Source of the DNA: a virus
Taxonomy: Duplodnaviria; Caudoviricetes
Length of the DNA stretch: 36,263 nucleotides
IMG/VR virus record: IMGVR_UViG_3300034418_007203
Span: 1-36,263 of that record
Direction: 5' to 3' (one strand)
Positions 19,407-25,974 of this stretch are shown one piece after another. The notes under the pieces were generated by a model that was not told where the DNA came from, did not search any database, and worked only from the letters and a program-made list of their open reading frames with translations. Numbering within the stretch: the first letter of the stretch is position 1; every line of letters starts with the position of its first letter. A program made the translations under genes and the position numbers.

Positions 19407-20501
19407 TTAGATAAATCCGAACCCCCCTCCGCTTTGTCCAAGCGCTTCTTTTAATTGCTGAACAAGCGGGTCAGGTCCGTTTGTTTGGTTTCCTTGATTT
19501 GGAGACTGAGGAGAAATGTTAGCTGCTTTCTCCACTACGCCACGCTGACCATCAGAAAGCCCCTGTCTGTAAACAGACTGTACGATGCTCTCTACGTTGT
19601 CAATGACGGCTCTGTGCATATTCAGCTTGTCATAATCCCAGCTCCCATCTTCGTTCACGTAAGGATCGAAGAACTCGTCAAGGCGAGTGTTTTTCTCAGC
19701 GAGCTGACTCTTGTAGTTGTTGTCCATACCGAAAGTAAACGTCTTCTCATTTCCGAGATTGAATTCAATCCCTTCCATAGCGTCTAGCTCTCTGCGCATG
19801 TTCGAAACCCAAGCGTCATCAATTAATGATTCCGACTCATCGGATGCTTGACGTTGTGGTGCCTGATACTGCGTTCGCAGCTCGTCGATACCTTTACGTG
19901 CGTTCTCCGCGTCGATCTTCATTTGCAGTTGCGAAAGCTTCACCTCGTCTTCTGAGTGCAGATCTGGGTCGAGCTTATACTTGCTAGAGACCAACATACC
20001 GACTTCTTCTTGCGAGAGGTTTGGGTAATCAGAAGCCATCTTGGTTCTGATTGCAGTCACGTCATCCATTTCGGAAGGGTTCATGGACTGATAGATAAAC
20101 CAATCTCTTGGGTCGCGGCCAGTCTTTTCGACAAAATCCGCGATCACAGAAATACGTTCGTCGAGCTCTCTTTGCTCCTGCTGTTGCGCCTGAAGGTCAT
20201 CAAACGAAGCGATGTTTCTCCCAAGCCTTTCGCTAAGGAATTCGAACACCGCACCCTCGATTTGTTCTGGTGCGTATTGTGGCTGAGCTTCTGGCTGATC
20301 AGGCTGAGGCTCAGTTACAGTTTCTTGTTGTACCTCTGGAGTGTCTTCCACCGTAGGCTGTTCTTGCACAGCTGGGGCGGCAGGCTCTTGAGGTTGTTGC
20401 ATAGCAGCTACCTCTTCGTCAGAAACGAAGCTAAATGAAGGGGAGTTTGTTTCCTCAGTCACTGGCTGCTGCTCAATAGTTTGTGTGTTTTGTTCTTCCA
20501 T
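19407..20501 (-). CDS. Putative capsid scaffolding/assembly protein (364 aa)
   Basis: Acidic, E/Q/P-rich, likely disordered N-terminus followed by a helical core (F.EKTGR...D). It lies immediately upstream of the MCP in the same transcription unit. Confidence 0.65.
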   Translation of the reverse strand: MEEQNTQTIEQQPVTEETNSPSFSFVSDEEVAAMQQPQEPAAPAVQEQPTVEDTPEVQQETVTEPQPDQPEAQPQYAPEQIEGAVFEFLSERLGRNIASFDDLQAQQQEQRELDERISVIADFVEKTGRDPRDWFIYQSMNPSEMDDVTAIRTKMASDYPNLSQEEVGMLVSSKYKLDPDLHSEDEVKLSQLQMKIDAENARKGIDELRTQYQAPQRQASDESESLIDDAWVSNMRRELDAMEGIEFNLGNEKTFTFGMDNNYKSQLAEKNTRLDEFFDPYVNEDGSWDYDKLNMHRAVIDNVESIVQSVYRQGLSDGQRGVVEKAANISPQSPNQGNQTNGPDPLVQQLKEALGQSGGGFGFI

Positions 20502-20518
20502 TAGGATTTAATTTAAAT

Positions 20519-20527
20519 GCAAATATA
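20519..20527 (-). promoter_or_regulatory. Bacteroidota-type -7 promoter element (TATATTTGC) for the scaffold-MCP unit
   Basis: Minus strand TATATTTGC-ATTTAAATTAAATCCTA-ATG (17-nt AT-rich spacer, no SD). Confidence 0.75.
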
Positions 20528-20554
20528 TAAAGTATTTATTTAGAGCTTCTTGTA

Positions 20555-21193
20555 TCAAAATATCAACCTGATGACCTCAAATGATTCGGCTAAATCAAAG
20601 TCGATTTGCTTGCCTCTAATGACGAGTAAAGACCTGATATAATCTTCGTTTATGTAGTTTCTAAAAGACTGTGATTTGTACTCTAAAATAGAGTCAACTT
20701 TGTTTTTTAAATCTTCAGGAAAAACCTCAATAAAACACCTGTTGTTAATTTCCAGGTTGTTCCATGGGATTTCATACCCCAGTATGCTTGTTTTTTTGAA
20801 GGCTCTAGTGCCTTCTTCGAATATCACTTTGTGATCCTGATGGATATCATAAGAACAGGGCAGTAATACCAGATCGGGATCGATAGTGTTTTTAATCTTA
20901 ATCATATCCTCAAGAATATCCTGCCTGCTTGACGTGAATTTTCTCACTTTGTATCTAAGTGTAGAAATGTTGGCTTTAGGAATACCCAACCTGGATCCAG
21001 CCCTCAGTATTTCTTTCGACAATACGGTTTTATCAAATCCTGGAGGCACAGACTCCTCACAAATAGAAAAAGCAACATAGTAAACTTTTTTACCTTCCCT
21101 ACAAAGCCTAGAAATAGTAGCCCCAGCTCCTATCTCTCCATCGTCGGTATGTGGACCCAACACCAAAACCGTCTTAAAATTGTCTAGAGTCAT
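20555..21193 (-). CDS. PIG-L/LmbE family Zn-dependent N-deacetylase (~212 aa)
   Basis: VLVLGPHTDDGEIGAGATI (PHxDD), HQDH and LGYEIPWN motifs. The start is placed at ATG 21193 (MTLDNFK), which overlaps the upstream TGA as ATGA, rather than at the track start 21232. Confidence 0.9.
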   Translation of the reverse strand: MTLDNFKTVLVLGPHTDDGEIGAGATISRLCREGKKVYYVAFSICEESVPPGFDKTVLSKEILRAGSRLGIPKANISTLRYKVRKFTSSRQDILEDMIKIKNTIDPDLVLLPCSYDIHQDHKVIFEEGTRAFKKTSILGYEIPWNNLEINNRCFIEVFPEDLKNKVDSILEYKSQSFRNYINEDYIRSLLVIRGKQIDFDLAESFEVIRLIF

Positions 21194-21702
21194 TTGTTTG
21201 ATTTTAAGAATCTGGCTGGATTTCCAGCCCAAACTTCCCCGCTGGGAATATTCTTGGTAACCACCGAACCCATGCCAACGACAGAATTATCCCCTATTTT
21301 TAAATGTTGTTTTATAGTAGAGTTAGCCCCAATAAAGCAATTTCTTCCTATTTTAACAGAGCCGCATATTACACTTCCAGCTACTATCAAGGTGTTTTTG
21401 CCTATGTGGGCGTTGTGAGCAATATGAACTAGATTGTCTATTTTAACCCCATCTTCAATAACGGTGTTATGCAAGTTGCCTCGATCAATACAAACATGAG
21501 AGCCTATGACAACATTGTCCCCTACAATTACATCACCAAAGTGAGGGAAAAACACTAGCTCTCCTTTTTCATCAGGTTCAAATCCAAACCCGTCGTTTCC
21601 TATTTTCGCTGTATCGCAAACCTTAGTGTTTTCTCCAATAATAACTTTAGGTGGGCGAGCCTCTCGGCCATGTAAAGACCTAATAAAATCTAATCTGCTC
21701 AT
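21190..21702 (-). CDS. Hexapeptide-repeat (left-handed beta-helix) acyltransferase, LpxD-like (UDP-3-O-acylglucosamine N-acyltransferase-like), 170 aa
   Basis: DGFGF, V.VGDNV.IG...CIDRG, KIDNLVHIAHN (LpxD-type catalytic His motif), repeated [IV]G hexapeptides and a terminal GNPAR. Too short to include the LpxD N-terminal uridine-binding and C-terminal helical domains. Confidence 0.85.
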   Translation of the reverse strand: MSRLDFIRSLHGREARPPKVIIGENTKVCDTAKIGNDGFGFEPDEKGELVFFPHFGDVIVGDNVVIGSHVCIDRGNLHNTVIEDGVKIDNLVHIAHNAHIGKNTLIVAGSVICGSVKIGRNCFIGANSTIKQHLKIGDNSVVGMGSVVTKNIPSGEVWAGNPARFLKSNK

Positions 21703-21710
21703 TGCTAGTC

Positions 21711-21950
21711 TTAAGACCTGTACTTTGCGACTTTCTTCGCAATGCCTTTAGGCTGCTTTACAAACTGCTTGCCCTTCTTGTTACCCTTGGCTTTCGCTCT
21801 ATTCGTGGCTGCCTTCTCTGAAGGAGAAAGGGCTTTCCATGCAGCGTCTGGCAAATAGCGCTTCTTCCCCTTGGACGGCTTACCGTCAGAGGTTCTCCAC
21901 TTCTGCTTAGTCCACTTCTTGAGACTTCTCTGTGATTTAGCTAACGCCAT
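21711..21950 (-). CDS. Small Lys-rich basic protein (79 aa), resembles the second half of DUF5872-like proteins
   Basis: MALAKSQRSLKKWTKQKWRT...RYLPDAAWKALSPSEKAATNRAK. The start is placed at ATG 21950, which overlaps the upstream TGA (TGATG), not at the track start 22019. Confidence 0.75.
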   Translation of the reverse strand: MALAKSQRSLKKWTKQKWRTSDGKPSKGKKRYLPDAAWKALSPSEKAATNRAKAKGNKKGKQFVKQPKGIAKKVAKYRS

Positions 21951-22141
21951 CAGCTTGTGTATCCTCCCCCCGCTTTCTTGTACGCTACAGCAAGCATCTG
22001 TGCCTTTCGTGCAGACCACTGACCAGGCTTCCCGCCTTTAGAGCCCGCCTTGATTCTGTTGAAGATACGCTTACGCAGTCCTGGCTTCGTGTAGTTACCA
22101 GCTTCGTTTACGCGAGACTTTGATTTCTTCTTTGCTTTCAT
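21950..22141 (-). CDS. Small basic protein (63 aa), resembles the first half of DUF5872-like proteins
   Basis: NYTKPGLRKRIFNRIKAGSKGGKPGQWSARKAQMLAVAYKKAGGGY motif; ATGA overlap with the upstream gene. Confidence 0.78.
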   Translation of the reverse strand: MKAKKKSKSRVNEAGNYTKPGLRKRIFNRIKAGSKGGKPGQWSARKAQMLAVAYKKAGGGYTS

Positions 22142-22323
22142 GAGTGGCTGACGAGTTTGAACTTAGCTTCCTTCACAGCGCCAGGATGTGGTTTGTAATC
22201 TCCTTTCATAAGGAAGTATCTACCCCGATCCACCATCCAGTGAAAACCAGAAGGTGCAGGAACAGACTTTGTGGCCGAGCTAACTTTGAGCTTACCGCCC
22301 TTATTGTACTTGACGGCATTCAT
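22138..22323 (-). CDS. Small basic hypothetical phage protein (61 aa)
   Basis: Coupled by ATGA overlaps at both ends; contains APSGFHWM...YFLMKG.YKPH.GA. Confidence 0.7.
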   Translation of the reverse strand: MNAVKYNKGGKLKVSSATKSVPAPSGFHWMVDRGRYFLMKGDYKPHPGAVKEAKFKLVSHS

Positions 22324-22853
22324 GGTTTGATGTTTTCATTCACCGCCTTACACATAGATAAGAATTCCTCCTGACTGTATCCCTGCTTACACATATTTAC
22401 CATTTTGTGAACCCACTGAACATTGCCTTCTACATACCCTAATGATGAATCTATTCTGTCTAATGATGCTGTGTTGTTTGACACGTCTTTTGCTTTTATG
22501 TCCCATCCAGTTAAAGCGCATTTGAAACCCTGATCAACTAAAAGGTCAGCCAAATAATCAAAGCTGAGAGCCCACTCTATATTTCTTAATTTTGCGCTAG
22601 ACTTAAACTTATTGGCAAAAGAGTATCTAAGTACGTCTTTAATCCACCCCTTATGAGAGCAATTTTCTGGGGTTGAATTGCTGCATTTTTTGCAAAGCTT
22701 ACCCTCCATAAAAGAAAAAATGGCGTAATTCCTTCTTAAATAAGATTGCTCTTCACCGCAAGAAGAACAAGGCTTATACCACCTTCCATCTTCACCAAGA
22801 TGAACTTGTTCTGGAAGATCTAAAAGAAGCATGGCATAAGTATTACGATCCAC
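22320..22853 (-). CDS. Zn-finger plus HNH-like (beta-beta-alpha-Me) endonuclease, putative free-standing homing endonuclease
   Basis: CSSC and CKKC pairs, then FKCALTGW...ASLDRIDSSLGYVEGNVQWVHKMVNMCK, the SLDRID..GY..GNV....N..K signature of phage HNH-like nucleases. The start is uncertain (GTG 22853 or the downstream ATG giving MLLLDLPEQ). Confidence 0.8.
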   Translation of the reverse strand: MDRNTYAMLLLDLPEQVHLGEDGRWYKPCSSCGEEQSYLRRNYAIFSFMEGKLCKKCSNSTPENCSHKGWIKDVLRYSFANKFKSSAKLRNIEWALSFDYLADLLVDQGFKCALTGWDIKAKDVSNNTASLDRIDSSLGYVEGNVQWVHKMVNMCKQGYSQEEFLSMCKAVNENIKP

Positions 22854-23134
22854 TTGATTTTATTGGCCCACCACGCTGCGCTGGTCTTACCCTTGGCGAT
22901 GTTCTTCCTGTGTCTGGCCTTGAATGACTTACGCTTCGCTTTCATGCGTGCGCTCTCCCCAGCCTTCGGCTTACCAGCCGTGCTAGCCCCTCTCTCTCCG
23001 AAGCGAATAATCTTTACTTTACCGCCGTCTCGTACCGCTACGATATGCGACTTCTTCCCCTTAGGGGATCGCTTAGGTTTGTTGAGTCCAGAGAGCCCAA
23101 ACCGCTTAAGTTTCTTCTTTACATCTTCAGCCAT
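22820..23134 (-). CDS. Small Lys/Arg-rich basic protein (~104 aa) of a widespread aquatic-virus type (KIIRFG...RKSFKARH...SAAWWA)
   Basis: The start is placed at ATG 23134 (MAEDVKKK), 3 nt after a TATCTTTGC element. The track's 18 extra N-terminal codons run through a terminator. Confidence 0.78.
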   Translation of the reverse strand: MAEDVKKKLKRFGLSGLNKPKRSPKGKKSHIVAVRDGGKVKIIRFGERGASTAGKPKAGESARMKAKRKSFKARHRKNIAKGKTSAAWWANKIKWIVILMPCFF

Positions 23135-23137
23135 AAG

Positions 23138-23146
23138 GCAAAGATA
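23138..23146 (-). promoter_or_regulatory. Bacteroidota-type -7 promoter element (TATCTTTGC), 3 nt before the ATG at 23134
   Basis: Minus strand ...TTTTTAT-TATCTTTGC-CTT-ATG directly after a terminator. Confidence 0.75.
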
Positions 23147-23148
23147 AT

Positions 23149-23178
23149 AAAAACAAAAAAAGGCCCACGAGGGGCCTT
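23149..23178 (-). terminator. Rho-independent terminator after gene 23200..23475
   Basis: Minus strand AAGGCCC-CTCGT-GGGCCTT-TTTTTGTTTTT. Confidence 0.85.
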
Positions 23179-23199
23179 CTTCTGTCACGCTAAGAGATC

Positions 23200-23475
23200 T
23201 TATGCGTCGAGTGTAAAGTCTGGGAGAGCCGCAGCTACCGCTGAGTCTACGATCGTGTCGAGGTTAGTCTCACCAGCAGAGTTATTGTACTGGATGTTGA
23301 GGTTGTGGTTGTACACACCGTTATTCTCTACTGCTTTCATAGCGATGTAGATGTTAGACCCTTGTACGCTCACTGAGAGTACAGATACTGTTGGGTTGAG
23401 GAGGGTGAATCCACCGTTCTCAAACTCTTTTTCTCCTGTGAAACTCCAGGACTTAGATTCAAATGCAAATGCCAT
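23200..23475 (-). CDS. Hypothetical protein (91 aa), apparently monocistronic, possible virion decoration protein
   Basis: Has its own promoter element and terminator, biased codon usage and a beta-rich composition. Function unknown. Confidence 0.7.
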   Translation of the reverse strand: MAFAFESKSWSFTGEKEFENGGFTLLNPTVSVLSVSVQGSNIYIAMKAVENNGVYNHNLNIQYNNSAGETNLDTIVDSAVAAALPDFTLDA

Positions 23476-23491
23476 AATTAAAAAGTTTAGC

Positions 23492-23500
23492 GCAAAGATA
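23492..23500 (-). promoter_or_regulatory. Bacteroidota-type -7 promoter element (TATCTTTGC)
   Basis: Minus strand TAA-T-TATCTTTGC-GCTAAACTTTTTAATT-ATG, starting 1 nt after the upstream stop codon. Confidence 0.72.
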
Positions 23501-23501
23501 A

Positions 23502-24194
23502 TTAAATAAATCTATTCTTTAATGCGTTGTAGTTTTGAGTTACTTCGGAGGCAGAAAGTACTCTGTTATAAATCTTTGCGGAAGACACCTTTCCGTCAAG
23601 CCAACGAAAATTACTAGAATCATCCCCTATCTCGAAGCCGCTGGTGGTTTTTAATGTGAAAGGCGTAGAAGCGTGTGACACTGTGTCTGTCAGCACGTTA
23701 TTTACATATAGTTTAATTTCTGAAGCGCTGTCAAATGTTGCCACCACATGATTCCAATCGTTATTGTTTGCGTTGTCATTTGACTCAGAGGTAATTGTGT
23801 TTTGACTGGATGTATTTTGCACAACAAATCTAAAGTTTGCGGTAACTCCAACGTCCCACCAAATCAAAAAGGACCTAGAGGTTGAACCACCCCACTGCCC
23901 TATAACCGTACCGTCTGATGGATCATTATCAATATAAACCCAAACGTCTAACGTAAAATTAGAAAGACCTGACGTAGAAAATTCAGTAAAGCTTACAGTA
24001 TCGTCAGTTCCGTCAAATACAATACTTCCCCCATTAGCAGAGTCTGTAGTGGGGGTTGCAGAAAATGTCCCATCATTACCCCCAACCAAATCAGACCAAG
24101 TAGTCCCCGTCCCTGGATAGCTATTATCGTTAGCTGCATCCACGTAGAACACCAACCCATCCGTCACTATGCTTTTACCGTAGCTGTAGCTCAT
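23502..24194 (-). CDS. LamG/concanavalin A-like lectin domain protein (230 aa)
   Basis: IVTDGLVFYVDAAN..SYPGTGTTWSDL, FDGTDD, FTLDVWV, WNHVVATFD, LYVNN and IYNRVLSASEVTQNYNA: a LamG-3 signature. Confidence 0.85.
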   Translation of the reverse strand: MSYSYGKSIVTDGLVFYVDAANDNSYPGTGTTWSDLVGGNDGTFSATPTTDSANGGSIVFDGTDDTVSFTEFSTSGLSNFTLDVWVYIDNDPSDGTVIGQWGGSTSRSFLIWWDVGVTANFRFVVQNTSSQNTITSESNDNANNNDWNHVVATFDSASEIKLYVNNVLTDTVSHASTPFTLKTTSGFEIGDDSSNFRWLDGKVSSAKIYNRVLSASEVTQNYNALKNRFI

Positions 24195-24895
24195 ACGAAT
24201 CTGTTTTTAAGGGCGTTGTAGTTTTGGAGGATTTCGTCTTCAGTAAGCGCCCTGTTGTAAATAGAAAGATTAGAAAATGTTCCGTTATCATAATTACCTC
24301 CACTCCACCCTCCTATTGTAAATGCCGTAGCAGCTCCTATAGTTCTAGCGCCTCCCAATCCTTGATGCCAAAGCGACCCATTTAAATAAATTCTCATTCT
24401 ATTGGTAGAAGACAAGGTGCAATCTTTCCAGAAAACCCAATAATTCCATCCTCTGTGTACATTAGAGGACTCTTTAAATATTCTGTCATAGGTATTGCCT
24501 CCATTATTTCCACAGTCCCAATAAATATTTCCATTATTCCAGGGTAGGTGAGCGCTGAATTCTCGATGATTACTATCACTACTGTGTTCCGACCTAAAAG
24601 TAAAACTTTGATTATTTACTGTTGGGTGTCCGTTATACCACAAACAGACGGAAATGGCATTAGTTACAGGCGACGCAGCTCCAGGGAAGGTACACATATC
24701 ATCTACCCCATCAAACACAATACTACCTCCATTAGTAGAGCCTGTGGTGGGGGTCGCAGAAAATGTACCATCATTACCTCCCACTAAATCACTCCACGTA
24801 CCGCCACTACCAGGATACGATTTACTGTTCCCTGCGTCTACATAGAATACTAACCCATCAGTTACGATAGGTGCGTTATTTGCAAACCCACCCAT
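24191..24895 (-). CDS. LamG/concanavalin A-like lectin domain protein (234 aa), paralog of 23502..24194
   Basis: IVTDGLVFYVDAGN..SYPGSGGTWSDL, FDGVDD, IYLNG and IYNRALTEDEILQNYNALKNRF. Confidence 0.85.
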   Translation of the reverse strand: MGGFANNAPIVTDGLVFYVDAGNSKSYPGSGGTWSDLVGGNDGTFSATPTTGSTNGGSIVFDGVDDMCTFPGAASPVTNAISVCLWYNGHPTVNNQSFTFRSEHSSDSNHREFSAHLPWNNGNIYWDCGNNGGNTYDRIFKESSNVHRGWNYWVFWKDCTLSSTNRMRIYLNGSLWHQGLGGARTIGAATAFTIGGWSGGNYDNGTFSNLSIYNRALTEDEILQNYNALKNRFV

Positions 24896-25150
24896 TTAGA
24901 TCTCTGCGTCAGGGTCAGTCCATTCAGTCCCAGCGAGCAACGCAAGAATCTCTGCGTGAGAGTACTCTTGTGACTTTGTTGCAAGAGCAACTACCGAAGG
25001 TGGTTGGTCCCCTTCATATTTCACAAAGCTCTGCGTGTTAGCTAAGTTCTTTCTCAGCGTATCTGCCGATGTTTCCATGACCTCTGAGAAGTCGATTGTG
25101 TCCACCTCTGTGAGGTCGAACACTACGTAATGTCTGTTTTCGAAATGCAT
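24896..25150 (-). CDS. Small acidic hypothetical protein (84 aa) embedded in the lectin array
   Basis: Translationally coupled on both sides; contains IDFSEVMETSADTLRK...VKYEG..P...EYSH.EIL..L...EW. Confidence 0.75.
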   Translation of the reverse strand: MHFENRHYVVFDLTEVDTIDFSEVMETSADTLRKNLANTQSFVKYEGDQPPSVVALATKSQEYSHAEILALLAGTEWTDPDAEI

Positions 25151-25974
25151 TATAATCCGTGTTTTGTTTTACTTGCGTTGTAGTTTTGGAGAACCTGTGC
25201 AGCAGTCAGTTCTGCGTCGTACATAAGGCATTCACCTATCAAGCCGTCATAATAATAAAGCTGGTTGTCATCTGCTCCCTGACCAAAAGTTGAGAAAGAA
25301 TAATCTACTACGGAACTGCCACTTCCTGTATTGATGATTAACGAAGTGGTCTGCGCTACCCCATTGATGTATATGGTTCCACCTGCCTCTGTCCTGCTTC
25401 CATCATGAGTAAAAGTAGCTTGCGCTGGATTTGCTGTCAAACCGCTAGCCCTCCAGTATTGAACATGACTGTTATTGTGACGTGCCGCAGCCGTTATACT
25501 GTAGTTAGAGTTTGTAGTGCTGTAACTTATGTACAAACCAACAAATGTGTAATCGTTAAATCGCTCAAAAGACCCAAAAAGACACTGCGTTCCATTTTTT
25601 GAATCGTGGTCATAGAATGCTGACCAAGTGTAAGAATCAGACAAGTCAACAGGAACCATAGTGCTGGGAGTTGAATCTACAGTACCTGTGTAGTCGTTCG
25701 TTCCATCAAATGCAACCCACACGCTACCGCCCGTTGGTTGTGCTACGCCATTGCGATATGTTAAGTTGTAAGCCCCTGAACCTTGGTCAACAAGTTGTGT
25801 AGATGTTGCTCCACCAGACAAAGAAGCATCATAGTGGTGAATGAGACTTGAAGTGACTATACCAGACCCAGACGGTGCATCTTGCCCAGCAACTTTTGCA
25901 ATGTCTGCCTTTGCCACATCGCTTATCTTGGATAAATCAGCCCAAGAAGTTCCCGTTACCTTATCAATAGCCAT
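25150..25974 (-). CDS. LamG/concanavalin A-like lectin domain protein (274 aa) with a short N-terminal repeat leader
   Basis: IVTSSLIHHYDA, FDGTNDY, IYING and MYDAELTAAQVLQNYNA. N-terminal repeat KVTG...SKISDVAKADIAKVAG. Confidence 0.82.
   Translation of the reverse strand: MAIDKVTGTSWADLSKISDVAKADIAKVAGQDAPSGSGIVTSSLIHHYDASLSGGATSTQLVDQGSGAYNLTYRNGVAQPTGGSVWVAFDGTNDYTGTVDSTPSTMVPVDLSDSYTWSAFYDHDSKNGTQCLFGSFERFNDYTFVGLYISYSTTNSNYSITAAARHNNSHVQYWRASGLTANPAQATFTHDGSRTEAGGTIYINGVAQTTSLIINTGSGSSVVDYSFSTFGQGADDNQLYYYDGLIGECLMYDAELTAAQVLQNYNASKTKHGL

Noticed and set aside
17997-19454. 485-aa plus-strand ORF antisense to the major capsid gene
   Set aside because: It mirrors a strongly codon-biased gene, is rich in S/V/L with no recognisable motifs, and has no expression signals. 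This is a typical antisense shadow ORF.
21190-21702. Calling this gene a bona fide lpxD
   Set aside because: At 170 aa it is about half the size of LpxD and lacks the uridine-binding and C-terminal helical domains, so it is annotated only as LpxD-like.
23135-23188. ORF-track N-terminal extensions (23188, also 22019 and 21232)
   Set aside because: These extensions run through a terminator/promoter or deep into upstream genes. Downstream ATGs at 23134, 21950 and 21193 give proper coupling or promoter spacing.
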